From Promethearchaeota archaeon (GTDB lineage Archaea > Asgardarchaeota > Thorarchaeia > Thorarchaeales > Thorarchaeaceae): a stretch of 27,359 bases of DNA. Position 1 is the first letter of the stretch. Every line of letters begins with the position of its first letter. The stretch spans positions 1-27,359 of the forward strand of contig WJMJ01000102.1 in NCBI GenBank assembly GCA_014728035.1, read 5' to 3'. Positions 1-9,136 of the stretch are shown here, piece by piece. A program made the translations under genes and the position numbers. The notes below the pieces were generated by a model. It worked only from the letters and a program-made list of their open reading frames with translations. It was not told where the DNA came from and searched no databases.

Positions 1-1
1 C

Positions 2-712
2 GTTGATGGCTCTGTTTATGATGCTGATATTGTGATATCAAATGCTGATACTGCTCATACATACATGGATCTGATTGACAGGAAGTATCGTAAGAAGAAC
101 AAAGACAAACGGTATAAGAAAGCTAAGTATAGCATGAGCCTATTCATGACCTACTTTGGTGTGAAGAAAAAGTATGATGATATGGTTCAACATAGCATAG
201 TATTTGGTCCACGATACAAGGGATTGATTGAAGACATCTTTAAGAAACATATTGTGCCGGAGGACTTCTCAACATATCTTCACATCCCAACTCGCAATGA
301 TCAAAGTCTTGCTCCCGCAGGATCTGAAGCAATGTACGCATGTACACCTGTTACAAATCTTGAAGGAGATGTTGATTGGGAAGAGAAGAAAGATGAATTC
401 CGCGATCATATTCTTCAAACTCTTGATGAAACCGTCCTTCCAGGATTGTTGGATAACCTCGCAGTCACTAGTGTATTTACTCCAGCAGATTATGAACGAG
501 AGTTCAATTCATATAGAGGAAGTGGATTCCAACTGCAACCTATTCTTCTTCAATCCGGTTCATTCAGACCTCATAACAGATCAAAGGATGTCAAAGGTCT
601 ATATCTTGTTGGTGCTGGCACACATCCCGGAGCAGGAGTACCCAGTGTTATCATGAGCGCTGATATTACCTCTCAATGTATCCTTGAGGATATCGAGAAA
701 GAGAAAATATAG
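2..712 (+). CDS. crtI: Phytoene desaturase / carotenoid oxidoreductase (CrtI family), C-terminal part, 5'-truncated by window edge
   Basis: Frame is open from position 2 (VDGSVYDADIVISNAD). Contains CrtI C-terminal motifs SMSLFMTYFG, D(Q)SLAPAG, FRPHNRS and LYLVGAGTHPGAGVPSVIMSA. Exact substrate (CrtI vs CrtD/CrtN) is not resolvable. Confidence 0.85.
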   Translation, partial: VDGSVYDADIVISNADTAHTYMDLIDRKYRKKNKDKRYKKAKYSMSLFMTYFGVKKKYDDMVQHSIVFGPRYKGLIEDIFKKHIVPEDFSTYLHIPTRNDQSLAPAGSEAMYACTPVTNLEGDVDWEEKKDEFRDHILQTLDETVLPGLLDNLAVTSVFTPADYEREFNSYRGSGFQLQPILLQSGSFRPHNRSKDVKGLYLVGAGTHPGAGVPSVIMSADITSQCILEDIEKEKI

Positions 713-717
713 TAGAA

Positions 718-750
718 TAAGAGGCCCCTTTTTGGCCTCTTACATTATTT
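718..750 (+). terminator. Hairpin plus T-rich tract after crtI
   Basis: TAAGAGGCC-N7-GGCCTCTTA (9-bp stem) followed by CATTATTTTT, 5 nt after the stop codon. Confidence 0.7.
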
Positions 751-871
751 TTCAAATCGTTACGTATTTACATAACAAATTGCTATCAGACAGTGATATT
801 AGGAATAATTATGGAAGGTTATGAAGCTCATTCTACAAGAAGAAATATGACGTTGAACCTTCCAGGATAGA

Positions 872-1978
872 TTGTGGAAATTACTGGTGAAGAAATTGGT
901 TGAGGGAAATGAAACTTTTCAAAAAACATTGAATTCTGACAGGATAATATACGATGTGCCATTTCCCTCTACTAGATTTCAAGGTAGTAAGAGAAGAGTT
1001 ATCAAATGGATAAAGAAACAAGCAATGAAGCTTGAATTTGACTCGGTTCTCGATTGTTTTGGCGGTACCGGAATTGTTAGCCATGTTTTCAAAAAACTAG
1101 GGATTGAAGTCACATATAACGACTATCTGAAATGTAATGCAATAATGGCAAAAGCGCTGATTGAAAATAGAGATGTAACTATTTCAACAAAGAAAATTGC
1201 TAACTTATTCCATCCTACAAATCCGCCATATGATGATTTTATTCAACGCACATTTCAAGACATATACTACACAGATGAAGAGAACAAACAGATAGATATA
1301 GTCACACAAAATATCCATCTAATCGAAAGTGAATATGAAAGATGCCTAGCTTTTTTTGCATTGTTTCAAGCTTGTCTTATCAAAAGGCCCTATAATCTAT
1401 TTCATCGAAAAAATTTGTATATGAGAACATCTCATGTCGAAAGATCCTTTGGAAATAAGACCACATGGGAAAGACCATTTGATGAACTGATGATTCAGTT
1501 TGCGAATGAAGCTAACAAAGCAGTTTTTGATAATGGTAAAGATAATACTGTACTGAATCGCGATGCACTTTCGATAGAACAACAAGATTATGGTCTTATT
1601 TATGTTGATACTCCATATATTTCACCAAAAGGGGTCGGTGTCGATTATCATCATTTCTATCATTTTCTAGAGGGGTTAGTACAATATAAGAGATGGAACG
1701 AGAAAGTGGATTTCAAATCAAAACATAGAAGATTATACTCTGTAGATAATCCATGGCATGATAAAGAACGAATTCATCAAGCTTTTAACTTGCTTTTTGA
1801 AAAATTCAGAAATTCGATTATCATGGTTTCTTATAGGTCGCCAGGTATTCCAAGTATAGAAGAATTAGAGGAGATTCTATTAAAATACAACAAAGATGTT
1901 CAAACATTTGAAAGAAAGCATCAATATGCCTTATCCAAAAGGAGAAGATCACACGAAGTTGTACTGATTGCAATCTAG
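872..1978 (+). CDS. DNA adenine (N6) methyltransferase, D12/Dam-like class, apparently orphan
   Basis: Motif X RFQGSK, motif I DCFGGTG, NDYL, and catalytic motif IV variant YVDTPY. Start codon uncertain (TTG 872). Confidence 0.85.
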   Translation: MWKLLVKKLVEGNETFQKTLNSDRIIYDVPFPSTRFQGSKRRVIKWIKKQAMKLEFDSVLDCFGGTGIVSHVFKKLGIEVTYNDYLKCNAIMAKALIENRDVTISTKKIANLFHPTNPPYDDFIQRTFQDIYYTDEENKQIDIVTQNIHLIESEYERCLAFFALFQACLIKRPYNLFHRKNLYMRTSHVERSFGNKTTWERPFDELMIQFANEANKAVFDNGKDNTVLNRDALSIEQQDYGLIYVDTPYISPKGVGVDYHHFYHFLEGLVQYKRWNEKVDFKSKHRRLYSVDNPWHDKERIHQAFNLLFEKFRNSIIMVSYRSPGIPSIEELEEILLKYNKDVQTFERKHQYALSKRRRSHEVVLIAI

Positions 1979-2078
1979 GTACAAAGTCCAGAATACGGAA
2001 CTAATTTAGAAAATTCTCATCTGAAAAAGAGTTTGAGAATCATCGTGATATCATACTTTCAGTATGGCTTCAAAAAAA

Positions 2079-2513
2079 TCATTTACGATGAGCTTTTTTA
2101 GCTCCAGAAAACCATTCATTGAATACCATTACTCGAAAGTCGTCTGATATATCAAGAGTGTCATCTACAATTGTTGTCGCAGGATGACCGAAACCATCTT
2201 CTTCTGCTTTCTCCAATTTCTCAAGACATTCTTCAAATTTATCTTTAGCTTTATCAAATTGATCTTCCGCATAGGTCCAACCTTTGAAAAGAACCCATTG
2301 ATTCTGACCCAAAATTGGTTCAACTCTGACCTCCACTCTATAGTAGACACTAGTTTCGTTAGCTACAGTATCAGTTACCTTAGCGATTCCAACACCCCAG
2401 TCCACATCAAAACATGTGATGTTTGGTTTCCAATCAATCCATTTGCGTGTGTGGTTTTCTGTGCTCAAAATAATCGCAATAGATGTAATGGACTTCCTGA
2501 TAGGTCTTTCCAT
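2079..2513 (-). CDS. Hypothetical protein (144 aa)
   Basis: ATG-started ORF with globular-protein composition, co-directional with and 28 nt downstream of the CBS-HPF gene. No recognisable motif. Confidence 0.6.
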   Translation of the reverse strand: MERPIRKSITSIAIILSTENHTRKWIDWKPNITCFDVDWGVGIAKVTDTVANETSVYYRVEVRVEPILGQNQWVLFKGWTYAEDQFDKAKDKFEECLEKLEKAEEDGFGHPATTIVDDTLDISDDFRVMVFNEWFSGAKKAHRK

Positions 2514-2541
2514 GGGAATAGAGGAGGAGGTTATCCTCCAA

Positions 2542-3759
2542 CTAATCTATACTTCCCCATTCACTATCCATAATCTCTTTTACCTTACGAGCTGCGTATT
2601 CTTCATCCATTACCTGAGCCTTACGGTCTTGGAGATTTCTCTCTACCTTCTCTAAGGCAAACCTGAATGCTTCTTCGGGACTCCATGCTTCAGCAGTACC
2701 ATAGAATTGACCTGAAGGTGAATAGAACTGTAATTTGCATTGTATATGCTGATCACCTTTTGTAGCAGGACCATATCGTTTCATATGAACATAGAGACCT
2801 CCAATACCAACCGTATCCTTGTATTTCTGAGCAAACGCTGAAAACTCCTTTCTAATTACTTCTTGTTCTTCAGGAGAAATTCCGATGTTGGGTTTTATAG
2901 AAAACTGTACTGACACTTGCGTCGGTTCTTGGATAGCTGACGCGAGAGGTTGAAGAAAATCTCGTTTCGTCATGATTCCAACTAATTCATCATCTTCTAC
3001 GACAGCAAGAGAAGATATATCATGTTTTTTCATCTTCTCAAAAGCTTCCAGTAGAGAATCACTAGGCCTTACAGCAACAACAGGTGAAGACATAATATGC
3101 TTAAGTCTGATTTCCTTCAAATCCTTTGATTCGCCGCTTCGTTCACCATGTCCACCGCGTCCTTCAGGTCCTCCAAACCCTCCCTCTGAACGTTGTCGTC
3201 TTCTATAGACGATATCGATAACATCTCGTAGACTGACAATTCCTTCTGTTTCACCATTTTTCACAACTGGCGCATGAGAGAATCCATGATCACGAAATGT
3301 CGATAGTAATTGAGCTACTGTCTGATTAGGAAATACATAGACAGGGTCAGGAGTCATAACCATAGACACCGGATTACTACCCCAATCCTCATTCACAACA
3401 CGTTGAATGATATCTTCTCTTGAAACATATCCTTTCAATCGCTCTCCAGAATAGACTGGAAGAATAGCTGAGTCACTGGTAATCATAAGACGGGCAGCCT
3501 CACTCAAAGATTCATGCTCATCAACTTTAGGAACGTTACGTGTCAAATCCTTAACTTTTCTTCGTGAAGCATCCAATTTTGACCTATCTAGCCATCGGAT
3601 AGAAATAGTTCCTGCATACTTTCCTTTCTTATCTTTAACAATCAACGCAGGTGAGGTGCTATCTTTGAAATAACTTGTAGCTTTTGATAATGTTGTATCT
3701 TCTTCAATAATTCCTAAATCTTCTTCCGAATAAACGTCTTTAACTTTGATATCTACCAT
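2542..3759 (-). CDS. Four-CBS-domain protein with C-terminal HPF/RaiA-like domain (archaeal Hib-type ribosome hibernation factor)
   Basis: Four CBS repeats (KVKDVYS, KVKDLTR, PVSMVMT, RLKHIMS, each ending in G-x-[IV/M]-[ST]-x-x-D-like motifs). The C-terminal ~100 aa show an HPF-like beta-alpha-beta-beta-beta-alpha pattern ending FYGTAEAWSPEEAFRFALEKVERNL. Confidence 0.8.
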   Translation of the reverse strand: MVDIKVKDVYSEEDLGIIEEDTTLSKATSYFKDSTSPALIVKDKKGKYAGTISIRWLDRSKLDASRRKVKDLTRNVPKVDEHESLSEAARLMITSDSAILPVYSGERLKGYVSREDIIQRVVNEDWGSNPVSMVMTPDPVYVFPNQTVAQLLSTFRDHGFSHAPVVKNGETEGIVSLRDVIDIVYRRRQRSEGGFGGPEGRGGHGERSGESKDLKEIRLKHIMSSPVVAVRPSDSLLEAFEKMKKHDISSLAVVEDDELVGIMTKRDFLQPLASAIQEPTQVSVQFSIKPNIGISPEEQEVIRKEFSAFAQKYKDTVGIGGLYVHMKRYGPATKGDQHIQCKLQFYSPSGQFYGTAEAWSPEEAFRFALEKVERNLQDRKAQVMDEEYAARKVKEIMDSEWGSID

Positions 3760-3776
3760 AGAGTTAGTACTCCAAG

Positions 3777-3790
3777 ATAACTATAGTTAT
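3777..3790. promoter_or_regulatory. Perfect 14-bp palindrome in divergent intergenic region (candidate operator)
   Basis: ATAACTATAGTTAT, 17 nt upstream of the CBS-HPF start and between divergent genes. AT-rich, so chance occurrence is possible. Confidence 0.35.
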
Positions 3791-3897
3791 TATCCCTTTT
3801 GTATCCTCGGGTTTCGAAATTTATAATTCGATTCAACAAAAAGATTAAGCTAATCTGTAGGTTTGTTCTAAAGACAATGTACTGGACATTGATTGAC

Positions 3898-4260
3898 ATG
3901 ATAGTGAATCAGAGTGGCGACTTCATTGGAACTCTACTAGCAGAAGTATTTCGTAGAGAATTGTTGTCAGATAGAAAGAGAGAGAAAGTAAAGAAGTGGC
4001 GAATCTCTTTACTTCTTGATACTGATTACTATCCCGTATCTATCAATTTCAATAATGGCATCTCTATCAAAAAAGGAATCATAAAAGACCCAGACATTAC
4101 CATGACTACCTCAATGCAGACAATCATCGATATAACAAAAGGAAAAATATCCGCATTTCAAGCTTTAAGAAAGGGCGAACTCAAAATAAAAGGCATTCTT
4201 CGTCACCCATTGGCTGCTATCAGATTATATCGTTTTATGATACCTGCTCTAGGAGGTTAA
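3898..4260 (+). CDS. SCP2 sterol/lipid-binding domain protein
   Basis: PDITMTTSMQTIIDITKGKISAFQALRKGELKIKG matches the SCP2 C-terminal signature. Start more likely ATG 3898 (or 3877) than TTG 3799. Confidence 0.8.
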   Translation: MIVNQSGDFIGTLLAEVFRRELLSDRKREKVKKWRISLLLDTDYYPVSINFNNGISIKKGIIKDPDITMTTSMQTIIDITKGKISAFQALRKGELKIKGILRHPLAAIRLYRFMIPALGG

Positions 4261-4264
4261 TTGC

Positions 4265-5686
4265 TTGATAGTAAAGAAACTCTGCAAAATTGTCGGAGAA
4301 AAATATGTTTCTGACGGTACTGCTGAAAAATACATCTACGCCCAAGACATGACAGAGAATGAACCTTGTCAACCACAAGTAATAGTTATGCCAAGGTCAG
4401 TTGTAGAAGTGCAGGCAATCCTAGAAATCGCTAACGAAACAAAGACTCCAGTAGTTCCATTCATAACCGGTCAGAATGTTGGAGGACTGACTATACCTCA
4501 AGTTGAAGGAGCCATCGTTATTGATCTCAAACGCATGGATAAGGTTCTTCAAATTGATGAGGAAGCAATGTATGCTCTGGTTGAACCAGGAGTTACCTTT
4601 GGGCATTTGCGGAAACATTTAGACAAACATCACCCAGATTTACGATACACATATCCATTAGCTCCACCATATACATCAGTAGTAGCCAATGCACTGTTAC
4701 AGGGTCTCTGTGACCTTTCAACAAGACATGGTGCTATGGCTGATTTTGTTAACGGTCTTGAGGTAGTACTTCCCACCGGGGAAGTTGTAAGAGTTGGCTC
4801 TGGAATATTGGGGGAAGAGAATTGGTTTGGACGATATCCCCTACCTGATCTAGTAGGTCTCTTTAGTGGCTGGCAAGGAATGACTGGTATAATAACTAAA
4901 ATGGCACTACAGTTGTATCTGAAACCACCATATATTGAGCATGCTGCACTCTTCACTTTCGGAGAGCAGAACACTACAGAGATTCTAAAGAATATAGCTC
5001 GAAAACAAATCCTAGACGATGCAGATTGCATGTCTTTATCCCTAGTGAAAATGCTTCTTGGTGTTGAATATCCTGTTGAAGCATTGAAAGGAGAGCCAGA
5101 CTATGCGACTCTTATCGCGGTCTCGGGTAATACTAAGATAGAAGCTCTGGAAAAGATTCGAGTTATTGAGGAAGAAGTGTCAAACGCTCAATCCAATGAA
5201 CCAAGGCATCTTCTTGTGACATGGGATGCAATCACAAAGCTGATGGGTGAACAGGCGCAATCTTGGATTGATTTTCCATCAGATGCATTCAAAATCTTGA
5301 CCGAGTTCGATGGACTCACTTGGGTCGGTACCTACATTCATCCTAAAGCTTGGGGGCAGGCTCTTGCTGGTGGAAGGAAAATTGTGGAAAAACATGGATT
5401 TGAACTCATGGCTTTTCTAAAACCTATGAATGGAATGCATTTTGCAGAATTCAAATTTATCATCCGATTTCCCAAAAATTCTGAGAAGATAGAACAAGTG
5501 AAAAAATGTAATTCGGAACTCCTTGACTATGCATTGGATCAGGGAGCTATACCATACAAGACATCAGTTTGGGCTGCTAAGAAATTGCAAGAACGGATAG
5601 ATCCCCAATTTATAGAACTACTCAGGAAGATAAAACAGACTCTTGATCCGAACAACATCATGAATCCAGGGAGGTGGAATCTATGA
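4265..5686 (+). CDS. FAD-binding oxidoreductase (VAO/PCMH/GlcD superfamily)
   Basis: PQVIVMPRSVVEVQAIL, IVIDLKRMDKV, VEPGVTF, GLEVVLPTGEVVR, GIITKM and C-terminal LDPNNIMNPG. GGAGG Shine-Dalgarno-like sequence upstream. Confidence 0.9.
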   Translation: MIVKKLCKIVGEKYVSDGTAEKYIYAQDMTENEPCQPQVIVMPRSVVEVQAILEIANETKTPVVPFITGQNVGGLTIPQVEGAIVIDLKRMDKVLQIDEEAMYALVEPGVTFGHLRKHLDKHHPDLRYTYPLAPPYTSVVANALLQGLCDLSTRHGAMADFVNGLEVVLPTGEVVRVGSGILGEENWFGRYPLPDLVGLFSGWQGMTGIITKMALQLYLKPPYIEHAALFTFGEQNTTEILKNIARKQILDDADCMSLSLVKMLLGVEYPVEALKGEPDYATLIAVSGNTKIEALEKIRVIEEEVSNAQSNEPRHLLVTWDAITKLMGEQAQSWIDFPSDAFKILTEFDGLTWVGTYIHPKAWGQALAGGRKIVEKHGFELMAFLKPMNGMHFAEFKFIIRFPKNSEKIEQVKKCNSELLDYALDQGAIPYKTSVWAAKKLQERIDPQFIELLRKIKQTLDPNNIMNPGRWNL

Positions 5687-6819
5687 CTCAGGAAACCTCA
5701 CCTATCTCAGAGTGGCTCCACCGATGCATTCGTTGTGGAAACTGCAAATTCATCTTTAGAGATTATGACAAATCTTGTCCCTCAGGACATTATCACAAAT
5801 TTGAGAGTTATTTTGCTTCAGGACGGATTTGGTTAGCTAGAGGTATAGAAACAGAAGAAATCACTTTTGACCAATCAATTGTTGAAGCAATATTTTCATG
5901 CCCTACCTGTGCAAGCTGCGAAATTCAGTGTCAAGCACCTCATCGAGATCATATTGTTGATATCATCGAAGAATTAAGAGCTAAAGCAGTGGAAGCTGTT
6001 GGAGCTTTACCGAAGCACAAAGGGTTTCTGGAAAAAATCAGACAGCACAAAAATCCATACGGTGAAACACATCATTCGAGAGAGCTTGCGGAAAAACACT
6101 CGCTCCCCGATGAAGCTGATACCATCTATTTCATAGGATGCACCTCTAATTATCGTACAACCTCAATACGTGATGCTACGATTCAACTTCTAAACATTAG
6201 CGAAATCGATTATACTATTATTGATGAGGTATGTTGTGGGTCTCCGCTCTTGAGAACTGGACAGCGATCTGAGGTTCCAAATCTAGTTACACACAATCTA
6301 CAGAAATTTCAAGAAGCTGGCGCAAAAAGAGTTGTCACATCTTGCGCAGGATGTTACAGGACACTAAAGAAGGATTATCAGCGGTACACAAACGGATTAG
6401 ATATAGAAATTCTACACATTTCCCATCTCCTTCCCACTCTAATTGAGAGAAAGAAAATTCCTATCAAAGAAGAAAAGTCCAAGTTAAAGATTACATACCA
6501 CGATCCATGCCATCTTGGCAGACACATGAATGTTTACGATGCGCCTCGCAGATTGATTGATACTATCCCAGTTGACTTAATTGAGATGCACCGAAATAGA
6601 GAGAATTCCTGGTGTTGTGGTGCAGGTGGAGGATGCAGAGCTGAATTTACAGATTTTTCACTTGAAACAGCAAAAGCTCGAATTGAAGAAGCTAGTAAAA
6701 CAGGAGCAGATACTCTGGTGAGTTCGTGTCCTTTCTGTATTACCCAATTGAATGATGCAAATACTTCCGAGATGCACATTATTGATATTACACAATTATT
6801 ATTAAAATTCTTAAAATGA
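5683..6819 (+). CDS. (Fe-S)-binding protein with two CCG domains (GlcF/HdrD/GlpC-like)
   Basis: N-terminal CIRCGNC...C and CPTCASCEIQC, plus YFIGC, CCG, SCAGC, YHDPCHLGR, WCCGAGGG and SCPFC. ATGA overlap with the upstream stop suggests start at 5683. Confidence 0.9.
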   Translation: MTQETSPISEWLHRCIRCGNCKFIFRDYDKSCPSGHYHKFESYFASGRIWLARGIETEEITFDQSIVEAIFSCPTCASCEIQCQAPHRDHIVDIIEELRAKAVEAVGALPKHKGFLEKIRQHKNPYGETHHSRELAEKHSLPDEADTIYFIGCTSNYRTTSIRDATIQLLNISEIDYTIIDEVCCGSPLLRTGQRSEVPNLVTHNLQKFQEAGAKRVVTSCAGCYRTLKKDYQRYTNGLDIEILHISHLLPTLIERKKIPIKEEKSKLKITYHDPCHLGRHMNVYDAPRRLIDTIPVDLIEMHRNRENSWCCGAGGGCRAEFTDFSLETAKARIEEASKTGADTLVSSCPFCITQLNDANTSEMHIIDITQLLLKFLK

Positions 6820-6824
6820 GAAAA

Positions 6825-7712
6825 TCAGCTTTTATGGACAATTATATCTTGATCAGACTTTGGTCCAATCCCTATCCTTGCTGCGTGCTTAATCTGTGGA
6901 ACTGCCCAAACATCTGAACCTAGTGAGTTATCTGCTTTGTAGCTCTGAAGGAGTTTGACACCCTCAACATCAACTGATAACATGTTATCTCCAGTAATAA
7001 TTTGACCTGGTTCTTCTATGGTTCCTGACGCTGGACCACCAGTAACGAAAACTTTTCGAGCATCCATCATAACTAAATCAGGAGTGAAGAATGATGCAAG
7101 GTCAGCAATTTTTTCCTGTAATTTTCGTATGTGCATTCGGATTCTATCGCGACCTCTCACCCAACCAATCAATAACTTCATTGCACCTGTGAAACCTGCA
7201 AGTTTGTGCGTCTTAAGGCATGGAACAAGAAAGAGTCTATCAGAACCTATAAGAGCTGGTCCACCAATCTGTCCGCCTTTCATATATTGCCCCTGTGAAA
7301 ACTTTTGATGGGGCCAATCATGTTCATCCAAGATAACTAGTTCAGCCTCAAGTTCCTCAACGACATCTGCAAGCCCGACTTTTTCTGCAACTTCACGAGT
7401 ATCCAATCTGAACATCGAACTCTCAACAATGCGAATTTTCTTAGCTCCAGCTTCAAGAATCAAACTTCCAAATTCTCTTATGAATTCAGGATCGCTTGAA
7501 GCGGGATATGGGTCTGCGGTATTCAGATTTGGTTTGAGTGTAACTATATCACCTTCAGTTACAAACCGTTCAAAACCACCTAGTTGACCTATTGCTTTTT
7601 CAATCGAGCTTCTCAGAGACCCCCGTACTGTGTGTCTAATAACTGGATATTTCCTTGTAGTTCCAGATATAGGAGAAGAACTGGAGTCGGTTTTTCTAGA
7701 TGAAGCGGTCAC
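6825..7712 (-). CDS. DUF362 domain protein
   Basis: LGGFERFVTEGDIVTLKPN, PCLKTH, FTGAMKLLIG, PDLVMMDA and GGP motifs typical of DUF362. Confidence 0.85.
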   Translation of the reverse strand: MTASSRKTDSSSSPISGTTRKYPVIRHTVRGSLRSSIEKAIGQLGGFERFVTEGDIVTLKPNLNTADPYPASSDPEFIREFGSLILEAGAKKIRIVESSMFRLDTREVAEKVGLADVVEELEAELVILDEHDWPHQKFSQGQYMKGGQIGGPALIGSDRLFLVPCLKTHKLAGFTGAMKLLIGWVRGRDRIRMHIRKLQEKIADLASFFTPDLVMMDARKVFVTGGPASGTIEEPGQIITGDNMLSVDVEGVKLLQSYKADNSLGSDVWAVPQIKHAARIGIGPKSDQDIIVHKS

Positions 7713-7779
7713 ATTCTGTCCTCTAGTTCCATGTACCAGAGAGCTAGATGAATCTATGGAAAGGTGAATAAGATAAGAC

Positions 7780-8001
7780 CTATTTTATAGTGATTGCTTG
7801 ATTGGGACATATGTTCACACAGTCCATACAGCGAGTACAGAGGTCTAGAAAAGCTACATCGACCCTCCATTCATCAGGATCATTGCTCTCATAATCAGGA
7901 GAGTACATCATAAAAAGTGCAGGAGGACATATCTTCATACACTTTTTGCAATCACGAGGATCTCCGCATTTCTCATAATCAACTATGATATCAGTTTTCA
8001 T
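7780..8001 (-). CDS. Small 2x[4Fe-4S]-type ferredoxin (73 aa)
   Basis: CGDPRDCKKCMKICP and CTRCMDCVNICP. True start is probably ATG 8001 (TAATG overlap with the upstream stop), not 8103. Confidence 0.85.
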   Translation of the reverse strand: MKTDIIVDYEKCGDPRDCKKCMKICPPALFMMYSPDYESNDPDEWRVDVAFLDLCTRCMDCVNICPNQAITIK

Positions 8002-8870
8002 TACCATTCCTCTACAAGTGTTGGATAGCTGGTCCGGTCTATCATCTGAATTGCACCTTGGGGACAAGATGTAGCACAGAGACCGCATCCATAACATCGC
8101 CAAGCATCAATAAACGGACGGTTTGTTGAATCAGCAAACGTAAGAGCACCGAATTGACAGCGGCTTACACATGTCTGACATCCATCACATTTTGAAAAGT
8201 CAACCTTAGCTACATATTCTCCTTTAAGCAATGCATTGAGACCATAGTCCATTCGTATTCGGGTTGCAGCACACTCAGGATATTCACAACTACAGAGAGC
8301 CGCGATATAAGGAACGGGACCAAACCACACAGTATTAACTCGACCTGAAAGGTTCATCTCCTCAATGAAGTCTTGAGCTTCATCAACATGCAGAGGTTCG
8401 ACTCCGCCATCTGGAATATACCTTGGAAGCTTTGGTACCATTTCAGCTAGAGCTCCAAAAGCTAGACAACATGGGTCTTCAATCCCTCGCGTCATATGCC
8501 GACAAGCACAATTTACTTTGAGAATTGGCTCTGCAAGTTCAAGAATTTTCTTTCCATCTTCAAGTGGAACAACTTGACCAGGATGCCCTTCAGCACGCCG
8601 AGGGTTTCTTCCTTTGAGGGGCTTCTCTTTGCTGAACCAGCTATTGATGTATTTCTTGATATATTTGCCAACAATCGGCCAACTGAACTTGTATCCTGGA
8701 CCGCGAGCTGAAATCCCGTAAATCTTCTGCAAATAGACCTTCTCAAAATTCTTCCAGAGCTCAAAGATGTATTCATGAGCTCCGACTTCTTCAGCAGTTT
8801 CTTGAAGATAGTTTCTGGAGTTCAGATACCATTTCTTTCCAGCACCATGCTTGTAGCACCATTCACACAC
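8001..8870 (-). CDS. 4Fe-4S dicluster-binding protein
   Basis: N-terminal MCEWCYKHG, central CACR / CC / CSCEYPEC, and C-terminal CDGCQTCVSRC and CYGCGLCATSCP ferredoxin motifs. Confidence 0.85.
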   Translation of the reverse strand: MCEWCYKHGAGKKWYLNSRNYLQETAEEVGAHEYIFELWKNFEKVYLQKIYGISARGPGYKFSWPIVGKYIKKYINSWFSKEKPLKGRNPRRAEGHPGQVVPLEDGKKILELAEPILKVNCACRHMTRGIEDPCCLAFGALAEMVPKLPRYIPDGGVEPLHVDEAQDFIEEMNLSGRVNTVWFGPVPYIAALCSCEYPECAATRIRMDYGLNALLKGEYVAKVDFSKCDGCQTCVSRCQFGALTFADSTNRPFIDAWRCYGCGLCATSCPQGAIQMIDRTSYPTLVEEW

Positions 8871-9072
8871 TGCGAATCACATTAGCACAATAGAAAAGAA
8901 CCCTAATATTAACGCCTACTATTCCAAAGATTATAAAATCATTAAACAAAATAACACGAAAAGACTACAACCTGCTCTCTAGGTAATTCGAGTTACAGTT
9001 TGATATCCTCTGCTTGTATTTGGTGGTTTTTGGATTTCTTTTTTTCCACTACTGAATCTATCCAACGATAGA

Positions 9073-9103
9073 CTTATTAACGATTTAGCATAAACTAAAT
9101 CGT
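9073..9103 (+). promoter_or_regulatory. TATA-like box abutting a perfect inverted repeat (candidate autoregulatory operator)
   Basis: CTTATTAA (9073-9080) directly overlapping ACGATTTAG-N6-CTAAATCGT (9080-9103), 33 nt upstream of the wHTH regulator start. Confidence 0.6.
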
Positions 9104-9136
9104 ACCGTTCAGGATTAACTAAATGGTGAAACGTAA

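Noticed and set aside
7780-8103. 107-aa version of the ferredoxin
   Set aside because: The N-terminal extension overlaps the upstream gene by ~100 nt; TAATG coupling points to a start at 8001.
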